This document shows positions 15,804 through 24,100 of a stretch of 27,902 bases of DNA, in pieces. A program made the translations under genes and the position numbers. Source of the stretch: Armatimonadota bacterium (GTDB lineage Bacteria; Armatimonadota; Armatimonadia; Armatimonadales; Capsulimonadaceae); assembly GCA_043746125.1 (NCBI GenBank), contig JAYTRQ010000641.1, positions 1 to 27,902 on the forward strand, written 5' to 3'. The notes below the pieces were generated by a model. The model did no database searches, was not told the origin of the DNA, and was given only the letters and a program-made list of their open reading frames with translations. Position 1 is the first letter of the stretch; every line of letters begins with the position of its first letter.

Positions 15804-16310
15804 ATGATTTCCTCTTCTCTCCCGAAAGACGCCCATTGCTCCTACTGCGGGCGTCGCTTCCCGGACGGCTCACCCTGGCCGCGCCGTTGTCCCCAGTGTC
15901 ACAACGTCACATACCGGAACCCATTGCCTGTCTCCGTGGTTCTGCTGCCCGTGGGGGACGGCCTGATGCTGGTCCGACGCACGAACGAGCCGGGGCGCGG
16001 CGAGCTGGGCCTGCCAGGCGGCTTTATCGAGTGGGGCGAAACCTGGCGGGCGGCGGGGGCACGTGAACTGGGCGAGGAGACGGGCACCGTCGTCGAGGCC
16101 TCTGGGCTGCAGCTATTCGACGCGGTCAGTGCGCCGGACGGGACGCTGCTGGTGTTTGGCCTGGCCCCCTCCATGTCTGAGGCCGATTTGCCCCCATTCG
16201 TGCCGACGAACGAGACGTCAGAAATCGTGATCAGCCGGGAGCTACTAGAATTGGCGTTCTCGACGCACACGGAGATGATGGCACGTTATTTTGAGGAGAA
16301 GCACCGATGA
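15804..16310 (+). CDS. NUDIX hydrolase with N-terminal zinc ribbon
   Basis: HCSYCG...RCPQC zinc ribbon, YRNP, and Nudix box GLPGGFIEWGETWRAAGARELGEETG. ATG 15804 preferred, because the longer ORF start at 15699 overlaps the divergent promoter. Confidence 0.88.
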   Translation: MISSSLPKDAHCSYCGRRFPDGSPWPRRCPQCHNVTYRNPLPVSVVLLPVGDGLMLVRRTNEPGRGELGLPGGFIEWGETWRAAGARELGEETGTVVEASGLQLFDAVSAPDGTLLVFGLAPSMSEADLPPFVPTNETSEIVISRELLELAFSTHTEMMARYFEEKHR

Positions 16311-16789
16311 CCAAGCCAAGTTTGGATGACAAAGGCATCGTCGTTACCTGTGCCCAGTGCGGGCGTAGGAACCGCCTTCCGTACGCGCGTCTGAACGAGG
16401 CCGGCACGTGTGGGCAGTGCCAGGCGGGTCTGCCGCCCGCCTCGGTCCCGCTGGACGTCAGTAGTGATGGACAGTTCGACCGCCTGGTGGCCGCCTCGCC
16501 CTTGCCGGTCGTGGTGGACTTCTGGGCGCCTTGGTGTGGACCTTGCCGCCAGGTCGCGCCGGAACTGGAGAAAGTGGCCCGGTCGCGGGCGGGGCAGTGG
16601 CTGGTCATCAAGATCAACACGGAGGCTCTGCCCGGCCTGGGGGCGCGTTTCAGCATCCAGTCCATTCCGACGATGGCCGTGTTCGTGGGCGGGAAAGAAG
16701 CGGCACGGACGATGGGGGCGCGGCCCGCGTCGGCCATTGAGGCGTTCGTGCGGGACGCGGCGGGGCCCGTTATAGCGGCGCAGCCATGA
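16307..16789 (+). CDS. trxC: Thioredoxin 2 (TrxC-like) with N-terminal zinc-binding domain
   Basis: CAQC...CGQC followed by VVVDFWAPWCGPCR, and SIPT cis-Pro motif. ATGA overlap with the NUDIX stop. Confidence 0.88.
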   Translation: MTKPSLDDKGIVVTCAQCGRRNRLPYARLNEAGTCGQCQAGLPPASVPLDVSSDGQFDRLVAASPLPVVVDFWAPWCGPCRQVAPELEKVARSRAGQWLVIKINTEALPGLGARFSIQSIPTMAVFVGGKEAARTMGARPASAIEAFVRDAAGPVIAAQP

Positions 16790-16828
16790 GGCCAGCGACA
16801 ACTAGCGCCGCCGTCCGTCAGCGGTCCC

Positions 16829-16837
16829 TGGTATACT
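16829..16837 (+). promoter_or_regulatory. Extended -10 promoter for the ABC transporter
   Basis: TG-G-TATACT, then AGAGGA RBS 7 nt before GTG 16857. Confidence 0.5.
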
Positions 16838-16856
16838 ATGAGCAGAGGAAAACAGA

Positions 16857-18713
16857 GTGAGCGTTATGACGCGGGGCGGGCCGCCCCTCGGCCCTGAAAA
16901 GCCATTAAAGCCGGATACCATCCGGCGGATCGTGCGGACGTTCGCGCCGTACCGAACGCAGGTCGTCGGGATCGCAGTCGCTGTTCTTGCCTCGGTGGGG
17001 CTGGGCCTGCTGCCACCGTTCCTGCTGCGGGCGATCATCAACCAGGGGCTTTTGGCGCGGGACATGGAGGTCGTCACGCGCGACACGCTGCTGACGCTAG
17101 GCGCGACATTAGCGGCGACCGGCCTGTCCCTGCTGTACGGCTATCTGAGTATCCAGGTCGGCCAGCGGATCATGCGGGACCTGCGGAACCAGTTGTACGA
17201 CCACTTGCAGGGGATGGCGCTCAAGTTCTTCGCGGATACCCGCACGGGGGAGATCCAGTCCCGGCTCGCCAATGACGTCGGCGGCGTCCAGTCTGTTCTC
17301 AGTGACACGGCCGCCAGCCTTCTGTCCAACGTCACGACCGTCTTGTCCACGCTTGTGGTCATGGTCATCATGGACTGGCGACTGACCTTGCTTTCGGTCG
17401 GCATCCTGCCCCTGTTTGCCTTTGTCGGGAGGCAGGTGGGCGAGGCCGCGCGAGGCGTCCGGACGACGGTGCAGACCAGTCTCGCGAGCCTGAGCGCGAC
17501 CATGCAGGAGACGCTATCGGTGTCGGGCGTGCTGCTGACCAAGACAAGCGGCCGGCGTAGCCTGGGTCTGGCGAAGTTCGCGGCCGAGAACGAGTCCCTG
17601 ACGGACGCCCAGGTCAAGCAGGCAATGATCTTCCGCGCCTTCTTCAACCTGATCGGCCTGACGTTCTCCCTGACGCCTGTTCTGGTCTACTGGCTGGCCG
17701 CTGACCTGTTCGTGTCGCAGGGTGACCATCACCTGAGCCTGGGCACCATCGTCGCCTTCACGACCCTGCAAGTTCGCCTCTTCTTCCCCTTGACGGGCCT
17801 CCTGAACGTCCAGGTGGAGGTGACGAGTGCCCTGGCCCTGTTTGACCGCATCTTTGAATATTTAGACTTAAAGCAGGATATCGTGGACGCGCCCGATGCC
17901 GTCGCTCTGTCCCCCGCCGAGATACGCGGCGCGGTCACCTTCGAGCACGTCTCGTTCCGTTATGATGAGTCTCAGGCTTCACCGACACTGGATGAGATCA
18001 CATTCGAGGCTGCGCCGGGGCAGTTGATCGCTCTGGTCGGCCATTCGGGGGCGGGCAAGACGACACTAACATATCTCATCCCGCGTCTATACGACGCCGA
18101 TTTAGGCCGGGTGACGATTGACGGCCGGGACATCCGCAGCATTCAGTTACAGTCCTTGGGCGCGGCCATCGGGGTCGTCACGCAGGAGACGTACCTGGTG
18201 CATGACACGATCAAAGCTAACCTGCGCTACGGCAATCCGGACGCGACCGATGCCGATCTAATCGCGGCGGCCAAAGCTGCCGCCATCCACGACCACATCG
18301 CGGGCCTCCCCGCCGGCTACGACACCGTCGTCGGCGAACGCGGCTATAAGCTGTCCGGCGGCGAGAAGCAGCGTATCGCCATCGCCCGCGCCATCCTCAA
18401 AGACCCGCGCATTCTGATTTTGGACGAGGCAACGTCCGCCCTGGACACCCAATCCGAGCGCCTGATCCAGTCCGCCCTGACGCCCCTGATGGCGGGCCGG
18501 ACGACATTCGCGATTGCCCACCGATTATCTACCATCCTGGCGGCCGACCTGATTTTGGTTCTGGTGGGGGGGCGGATCGTGGAACGAGGGACGCATTCGG
18601 GGCTTCTGGCGGCGAATGGGGCCTATGCGCGGCTATATGCGGCGCAGTTCATAGAGGGTGGTCAGGAGGCAGGAGAACGGGACGGGGTGGGACGGGAACT
18701 GGCGAGGGGATAA
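16857..18713 (+). CDS. ABC exporter, fused permease and ATPase (MsbA/MdlA-like)
   Basis: Hydrophobic N-terminal half, Walker A GHSGAGKT, signature LSGGEKQR, Walker B ILILDEATSALD, IAHRLST. Confidence 0.93.
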   Translation: MSVMTRGGPPLGPEKPLKPDTIRRIVRTFAPYRTQVVGIAVAVLASVGLGLLPPFLLRAIINQGLLARDMEVVTRDTLLTLGATLAATGLSLLYGYLSIQVGQRIMRDLRNQLYDHLQGMALKFFADTRTGEIQSRLANDVGGVQSVLSDTAASLLSNVTTVLSTLVVMVIMDWRLTLLSVGILPLFAFVGRQVGEAARGVRTTVQTSLASLSATMQETLSVSGVLLTKTSGRRSLGLAKFAAENESLTDAQVKQAMIFRAFFNLIGLTFSLTPVLVYWLAADLFVSQGDHHLSLGTIVAFTTLQVRLFFPLTGLLNVQVEVTSALALFDRIFEYLDLKQDIVDAPDAVALSPAEIRGAVTFEHVSFRYDESQASPTLDEITFEAAPGQLIALVGHSGAGKTTLTYLIPRLYDADLGRVTIDGRDIRSIQLQSLGAAIGVVTQETYLVHDTIKANLRYGNPDATDADLIAAAKAAAIHDHIAGLPAGYDTVVGERGYKLSGGEKQRIAIARAILKDPRILILDEATSALDTQSERLIQSALTPLMAGRTTFAIAHRLSTILAADLILVLVGGRIVERGTHSGLLAANGAYARLYAAQFIEGGQEAGERDGVGRELARG

Positions 18714-18817
18714 ATCCATCTCGCTAAAAGACGTCCTTCGGACGAGCAGGTGCTTCCGAACTTCAGTAAGGCCCGCCCAGAGGGCGCTTAACTAGCGAGA
18801 GGGATTTATCCCCTCGC
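18702..18817. repeat. Inverted pair of REP-like palindromes (REPIN-like)
   Basis: GCGAGGGGATAAATCCATCTCGCTA (18702-18726) and TAGCGAGAGGGATTTATCCCCTCGC (18793-18817) are 24/25 complementary, and each unit is itself an imperfect hairpin. Confidence 0.6.
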
Positions 18818-18835
18818 GTTGCTTGGGACCTCCCT

Positions 18836-19087
18836 CTAGAGGTAGTCCTCAAAGACGTCCCTGATGCTCGTGTCCAAAAGGACGTTCATGTCCTTCCCTT
18901 TGAACAAATCCATCGCAAAGCCTGCTTTGAATCCGCGCCTCCGCGCCGTCAGTTTCTCGAACTCGGCGGGCGATAATACCACCGCGATGGGGTGGCCGAC
19001 GCTCAGAACCGTGACGAGGCCGCTGGCTGCCTCCTTCTAGAGCCTCCCGATGTCGTTGTGGGCTTCAGTTGCGTTCATAGTTGTCAT
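18836..19087 (-). pseudogene. Phd/YefM-family antitoxin with an in-frame TAG at codon 17
   Basis: AGGAGG RBS, then MTTMNATEAHNDIGRL*KEAASGLVTVLSVGHPIAVVLSPAEFEKL...DVFEDYL*. The 84-codon length and the N(A)TEA and G.PIAVVLS..EFE patterns fit Phd/YefM. Absent from the ORF track. Confidence 0.72.
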
Positions 19088-19141
19088 GTTGAGCCTCCTG
19101 TGCTTATCGCACCACACTGAACAAATGCTCGAATGTGAGTG

Positions 19142-19837
19142 TTACGCACTCTCATTGGACTTGTTACGCCGTTCACGCAGAACCGATTGCGCCTCCTTTC
19201 TAACGCGACCGCTTCGATCCGAGAGCGAGACCTCACGCAGGGTCTTCAGCACCTTCTCCTCCTCACTGCTGCCAGCTGCCAGACGCCCCACGATCTTCTC
19301 CAAGCCTAGTATGCTGCCCTCTCTGCCCACTGCGTACCGAGTGGCGAGGGCCGTCCCGGTCAATAGGGGAATCGCTTCCCGCACGTCCCAGTGTTCGCCC
19401 ATCATGTCTGCCGCCATCCAGACGGCGTGTGCGGTTTGGCGGGGGACGCTCAGAAAGTAAGTTTCTACAAGCGGCAAGATGCTCTGGGTCAGCGAAGCGG
19501 CATAGGGCATCTCCTGTGCCCAATCCAAGTAGCAGAACAGGGTGTAATGAACCTCGTAGTGGTGCCTACCGGCGAACTTGTTCAACAGGCTGGTAATCAC
19601 TTCAAGAGACATGGGCAGAAGTGCGACGAGGACCCGGACGGCGGTAATCCGCAGTCTCTCATCCTTGCTGGCCCGCTCATTACGCAGGACGGCGGCGCAG
19701 TCCATCAAAAGGCGCGTCTTTTCTTCGGGAGAGAGTTGAGCGATTTGGGCTATGGCATGGGCATAATTCAGTGCGAGGACATCTCCGTCTACCCGCTTAT
19801 TCAAGCCGTCGAGAATGTTTTCATTTTTTTCTGTCAT
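19142..19837 (-). CDS. Hypothetical helical (HEAT/ARM-like) protein, 231 aa
   Basis: Long ORF with an ATGA overlap to the VOC gene and amphipathic helical patterns (LRITAVRVLVAL, RVRKEAQSVL). No family recognised. Confidence 0.6.
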   Translation of the reverse strand: MTEKNENILDGLNKRVDGDVLALNYAHAIAQIAQLSPEEKTRLLMDCAAVLRNERASKDERLRITAVRVLVALLPMSLEVITSLLNKFAGRHHYEVHYTLFCYLDWAQEMPYAASLTQSILPLVETYFLSVPRQTAHAVWMAADMMGEHWDVREAIPLLTGTALATRYAVGREGSILGLEKIVGRLAAGSSEEEKVLKTLREVSLSDRSGRVRKEAQSVLRERRNKSNESA

Positions 19838-20286
19838 GGCTCTGGCATGTACTCCGCGATCTCGACTAAGACGCAGTCCGGGTCTCGCAAGTAGCAGAGG
19901 CGCTTGCGGACGCCAGCGACGGAGAAGGGCACGGAGATTGGCGGGGAGAGAGATGGGACGCCGGCCTGGGTAAGCCGGGCGTAGAGGGCGTCCAAACCGT
20001 CCACTTCCAGGGCGACGTGCCGCAGGCCAAGCGTGTTGGCAAGGGAAGCGGCGGGGAGAGTCTGGCCGGGGGGAGTACGGTATTGGAGCAGTTCAAAGCG
20101 GGTGCCGCCGCCGGGAGGCTGGCAGAAGACGCAGCGGGCGGAGACGCCAGGCAGGCCGGAGACGGTTTCGATCCAGTCGCCGGTCAGGTCGCACTCGAAG
20201 GTGACACGCATCCCTAACAGGCCGACGTAGAAGGCGAGGCTGCGTTCCATGTCGGAGACGACGACGTTGACGTGGTTGACGCGCAT
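19834..20286 (-). CDS. VOC/glyoxalase family protein
   Basis: VNHVNVVVSDMERSLAFYVGLLG, RFELLQY, LRHVALEVDGLD..Y.RL...GV, YLRDPDCVLVEIAE. Confidence 0.9.
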   Translation of the reverse strand: MRVNHVNVVVSDMERSLAFYVGLLGMRVTFECDLTGDWIETVSGLPGVSARCVFCQPPGGGTRFELLQYRTPPGQTLPAASLANTLGLRHVALEVDGLDALYARLTQAGVPSLSPPISVPFSVAGVRKRLCYLRDPDCVLVEIAEYMPEP

Positions 20287-20307
20287 AGTTGTTGGGGTGG
20301 GGATGAC

Positions 20308-20345
20308 GAAAAGAGGCCGGGCTGGGAGTGATCCCGGCCCGGCCT
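20308..20345 (-). terminator. Rho-independent terminator after the PEP-CTERM gene
   Basis: 14-bp near-perfect stem (20314-20327 / 20332-20345) followed on the minus strand by CTTTTC. Confidence 0.7.
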
Positions 20346-20356
20346 TCGTACATGGA

Positions 20357-20884
20357 TTAGACGCCCAGGCTGCGGCGACGCGCCCGGAAGACCATTACGC
20401 CGACGCCCAGCGTCAGCAGGCCCAGGGAGGCCAGCGAGGACGGCTCAGGGACGACCTGAAGATTAAACTTCTGGGTCGATTCCACTGGCTGTTCCGAGCC
20501 GGGCGTGCCGCCGATGATGTTAAAGTAGCCGCTGTAAAGACCATCTTTGAGGGTGGGGGCCGCCGTGACGGTGAACAGCGCAGCGGAACCGCTCGCGGGG
20601 TAGGCAGTTCCATCGGCGAGGGACGACGGCGCACCAGTCACGAAGAGGCTGTCATCACCGGTCAGGCCTGGCCCGATGAACGTGAAGGCATCTCCGATCA
20701 GATAGATCAGGCCGCCGCTGTTGTTCGCGACGGAGCCGGTGAAGGTGACGGTCCCGCCGTTGCCCACCGTCAAAGTGGGGTGGGTGAAGGTTATGTCCAG
20801 GAGGCCCTGGGCGTGGGTGGCGGCTGGGGCCAGCAGGAGGCCGAAGGCTAAAGCCGTGGCGGGAAGTGCGTGTCGTAGATTCAT
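20357..20884 (-). CDS. PEP-CTERM (exosortase-sorted) surface protein
   Basis: Signal peptide ending ATHA, and C-terminal VPEPSSLASLGLLTLGVGVMVF-RARRR (PEP motif, TM helix, basic tail). Confidence 0.92.
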   Translation of the reverse strand: MNLRHALPATALAFGLLLAPAATHAQGLLDITFTHPTLTVGNGGTVTFTGSVANNSGGLIYLIGDAFTFIGPGLTGDDSLFVTGAPSSLADGTAYPASGSAALFTVTAAPTLKDGLYSGYFNIIGGTPGSEQPVESTQKFNLQVVPEPSSLASLGLLTLGVGVMVFRARRRSLGV

Positions 20885-20927
20885 TGTGGGTCAGGTTCCT
20901 TCGATTTGGTGATCTGTGCAGGTGTTC

Positions 20928-20966
20928 GCCCGGCACTGGAAGCCCTTCGGCCCGCCAGTGCCGGGC
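20928..20966. repeat. Intergenic 12-bp stem
   Basis: GCCCGGCACTGG-N15-CCAGTGCCGGGC, with no U-tract. Confidence 0.55.
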
Positions 20967-20973
20967 AAGACCG

Positions 20974-23757
20974 CTACGGCACGGACACGCGTAGGGAGCC
21001 ACCGAACTGGCTGCCAGCGCCGTAGAGGCCAGTCGCGTTCAGGATGGCGCGGCCGGCAGGGACGCCGGGGAACGTCACGAGGACTGGGCCGGACTGGGCG
21101 TAGGCGGAGACGGTCCCGGCCGAGGGGTTAGCGATGGTTCCCGACACGCCGTTCAGGGTGACGCTCTGGAGGAAGGCGTTCAGGGCGTCGGCCCGGCCAG
21201 CCCCGACAGGCCCATTGGACGTACCGATGTTCACCAGGATCAGTGTAGCCTGGACGGTCCCGTCGGGGAGCCGCATCAGGGTCGCGTTGGTGATGACGTT
21301 CGGCTGTGCCACGGTCTTGGAAAGCGGCAGGGTCCATGCGCCCCGGCCGTGCGTGCCGGCGGCCAGGATACCGGTCTTGTTGTTGATCTCCAGGTTGACG
21401 ACCTGCACGTTGGGCAGAGCCTGATAGATCTGGGTCCACGAGCCGCCGTAGTTCGTGGAGGCGTACACGCCGTCGTCGCCGCCGGCGTAGAGGGTGCCGG
21501 ACTTCTTGTCCAGGCTCACGGCGTTGAACGGCTCATCGGGCAGGTTGGAGCTGATGTCGTTCCACGTTGCGCCACCATTCGTAGAGCGGAAGATCTTGCC
21601 GGCCGCGAAATCGTCGAAGAGTGGGCGTGCGACGTAGACGTCTTTCGTGTTGGACGGGTTGACGTAGATGTCGTTCCAAAGGTTCTCGATGCCGGGGACG
21701 CTGACATCGGCCCAGGTCTGGCCGTCGTCGTTGGTGACATAGAGCGCTCCGATCCCGCCGCCGATGGGGTCGCCGACGGCCACGTAGATCGTCTTGCCGT
21801 GGACGGCTAATGTGCTGACGACGTTGTCAGAGGGGTTGAAGCCGTTCGTGCCGGGGATGCCGATGGGCGTGAACAGGTCGCCCTTGTTCAGCGACTCGTA
21901 GACGTGGTCGGTGCCCAGAATGACGCGCTTCTGCTTCAGCGGGTCCAGTTTGTACGGGATATAGAACGACGACGGGTCGTCCTGGTAGGTAGGACCGCCC
22001 GGCACGGGGCCATTCAAGTTGATGCCGCTGATGGCGTCCTGCCAGGTCAACCCGGCGTCGTCCGAGCGTCGGAGGGAGATGCCATAGAACGTGTGGTAGA
22101 TGGTGCTCGGGTTAGTCTGGTCCACGCGGACGAAGCCGCCGTCGCCGCCCTCCACCTGGTTCCAGGCGACGTCACCGGTCGTCTTCTCGGTCCCATTGTC
22201 CTGCGAGCCGCCATAGACGGTCTTGGGATCGGTCGGGTGGAGGGCGATGCCGGTGAACTGGATGGTCTCCAAGTTGGTGTTCAGGTCGGACCAGAGTATG
22301 TTGCTGACGTCGTTGACGCCGTCCTGGGGGATCGGGTTCTTGAGCTTCGGGTTCTCCAGCCGCCACAGCCCGCCGTCGTTGCCGTCGAGCAGGCCCTTGC
22401 CGCCCGCCGTATAGGCGAGGAAGTGCGTGTCGGTGTGCGGCCCCAGATACCCGGCTCCAATGGAGTAGTCCTGGAAGCTTTTGCCGCCGTCGTGGGTACC
22501 GACGAGGCAGTAGAGTTCAGGGTAGGTCTGAGCGCCGTAGTTGACCTGGCCGGCGGCGTACAGGGTGTTCGGGTCGGTGGGACTGACGGCGAGGGCGTTG
22601 TCGTAGCTGCCTTGGAATCCCAGATAATTCGGGGCGGCGGTGAGCTGGGTCCAGGCCGCACCGCCATTAGTGGTCTTGTACAGGCCATACAGCGAGTCGC
22701 TGGCATTAGGATCGAGGGCGCCGTCATTGGTGATGGAGGCGTAGAGGACGCCCGGGTTGGAGGGCGAAATGGCGAGGGACGTGTAGCCGATCGGGTCCAC
22801 GCCGGACTGGGGCAGGCCACCGGTCAGCTTGGTCCAGGTTAGGCCGCCGTTGACGGTCTTGTAGACGCCTTTGATGGCGGTGAAGGCATTGCGGCTGATG
22901 GCAGTGTAGAGCGTCTGCGGGCGCTTCGGGTCAATGACCAGGGCCGTGTAGTTGTTGGTCGTCGTAATACCGGCCGTGGTGTTGGTCCAGGTCCGGCCGC
23001 CATCCGTACTCTTCCAGACGCCGTGGTTGCCACGCAGGGCGTTGACCGCGCTGGCCGTGGCGATGTAGACGACGCTGGGGTTGGTCGGGTCTACGACGAT
23101 CTTGGAGATGGCCCGGCGCACGAAGGCGCCCTGCGGGCCGGGGATGACAGACCAGGACGCGCCGCCGTCCAAAGACCGCAGCAGGCCGATGCCGTACTTG
23201 CAGTCGCCGGAGAAGTCCGCCTCGCCCGTGCCGGCGTAGAGCACCTGGGCGTTCGAGGGGGCGACGGCGATGGACCCGATGGCCGTGTCGCCCAGAAAGT
23301 CGGTCAGCGCGACGAAGCTCGCGCCACCGTTCGTGGTCTTCCAGACGCCGCCACCGGCTGCGCCAACGTAGAACGTGTTCGGGTCCTTGGGGTCGGCGGC
23401 CAGGGCGGCGATGCGGCCCGAGCCGGGCTCCGGGTTGCCGCCGACGGTGCCGCTGTCATTGTCGAGCGGGGCGGGTCCGATGGCAGTCCAAGCGATCGGG
23501 GCGGGCGCGGCAGATGCACTGACGGCGGCACGGGGGACCAGGGGACCGCCGTCACCGAGACGGCCTGAGCGGGCGGCGGAGACGTCGCTGACGCCGGAGC
23601 GTACTTCGGCCGCGGCGGGCTGGGCCGTCTCGACGAGCGGCCGGTGCCGGTGCAGGAGCGGGCGAGGTACTAGGGGCGTGGAGGCAGAGGAGGCTCCCGC
23701 CAAAAGCCCGAGGGCCGCCGCGCCGAGAGCGGCGCAGGTGTGGGACGAAAACTTCAT
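20974..23757 (-). CDS. Secreted BNR/Asp-box repeat beta-propeller protein (sortilin/GH74-like fold) with a C-terminal beta domain
   Basis: Signal peptide; SGRIAALA, GGVWKTTNGG, LYAGTGE; repeated S/T-x-D/N-GG-x-x-W boxes; LYAGGDDGVY; LAAGTHGRGAW. Confidence 0.85.
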   Translation of the reverse strand: MKFSSHTCAALGAAALGLLAGASSASTPLVPRPLLHRHRPLVETAQPAAAEVRSGVSDVSAARSGRLGDGGPLVPRAAVSASAAPAPIAWTAIGPAPLDNDSGTVGGNPEPGSGRIAALAADPKDPNTFYVGAAGGGVWKTTNGGASFVALTDFLGDTAIGSIAVAPSNAQVLYAGTGEADFSGDCKYGIGLLRSLDGGASWSVIPGPQGAFVRRAISKIVVDPTNPSVVYIATASAVNALRGNHGVWKSTDGGRTWTNTTAGITTTNNYTALVIDPKRPQTLYTAISRNAFTAIKGVYKTVNGGLTWTKLTGGLPQSGVDPIGYTSLAISPSNPGVLYASITNDGALDPNASDSLYGLYKTTNGGAAWTQLTAAPNYLGFQGSYDNALAVSPTDPNTLYAAGQVNYGAQTYPELYCLVGTHDGGKSFQDYSIGAGYLGPHTDTHFLAYTAGGKGLLDGNDGGLWRLENPKLKNPIPQDGVNDVSNILWSDLNTNLETIQFTGIALHPTDPKTVYGGSQDNGTEKTTGDVAWNQVEGGDGGFVRVDQTNPSTIYHTFYGISLRRSDDAGLTWQDAISGINLNGPVPGGPTYQDDPSSFYIPYKLDPLKQKRVILGTDHVYESLNKGDLFTPIGIPGTNGFNPSDNVVSTLAVHGKTIYVAVGDPIGGGIGALYVTNDDGQTWADVSVPGIENLWNDIYVNPSNTKDVYVARPLFDDFAAGKIFRSTNGGATWNDISSNLPDEPFNAVSLDKKSGTLYAGGDDGVYASTNYGGSWTQIYQALPNVQVVNLEINNKTGILAAGTHGRGAWTLPLSKTVAQPNVITNATLMRLPDGTVQATLILVNIGTSNGPVGAGRADALNAFLQSVTLNGVSGTIANPSAGTVSAYAQSGPVLVTFPGVPAGRAILNATGLYGAGSQFGGSLRVSVP

Positions 23758-23857
23758 GAGAACTCACTTTCTGGACGCAGTATTTCTTACGAGTACGGGA
23801 AATTAAGGTGGCCGCAGCGCTGCGGGCGATACGACACAAGACCGCCGTTCCAATGAT

Positions 23858-23886
23858 AACTTACCAAAAAAATGCCAGGATGTCAA
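23858..23886 (-). promoter_or_regulatory. Sigma70-type promoter of the BNR gene
   Basis: Minus strand TTGACA-N17-TAAGTT with a TGn extension, about 100 nt upstream of the ATG. Confidence 0.65.
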
Positions 23887-24100
23887 GCCGCGCCAAAAAA
23901 ACGGTAATTTCACTGTGCAAGACTGAACCGACCCTCCCCCGTCCCCGCAATGCCCCGTGTGCCTACGGGTTTTTATCCTCCCTGCCTTTCGGCGGCTCTT
24001 TAATCTCCCGATAATGAAAAACAGCCGTCGCATCTGCGGCGGCTCCTGAAAATTGTCAAAGTGCGCCCCGCGCACTTCACTATAAATTACGGAGTACGAA

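Noticed and set aside
15888-15902. CxxCH heme-c motif (CPQCH) in the NUDIX protein
   Set aside because: It is the second Cys pair of a zinc ribbon in a protein with no signal peptide.
814-19039. Genome-wide TAG reassignment or pyrrolysine
   Set aside because: Several intact genes end at TAG exactly at the expected C-terminus, TAA and frameshift lesions occur in some of the same broken genes, and no pyl genes or suppressor tRNA are present in the window.
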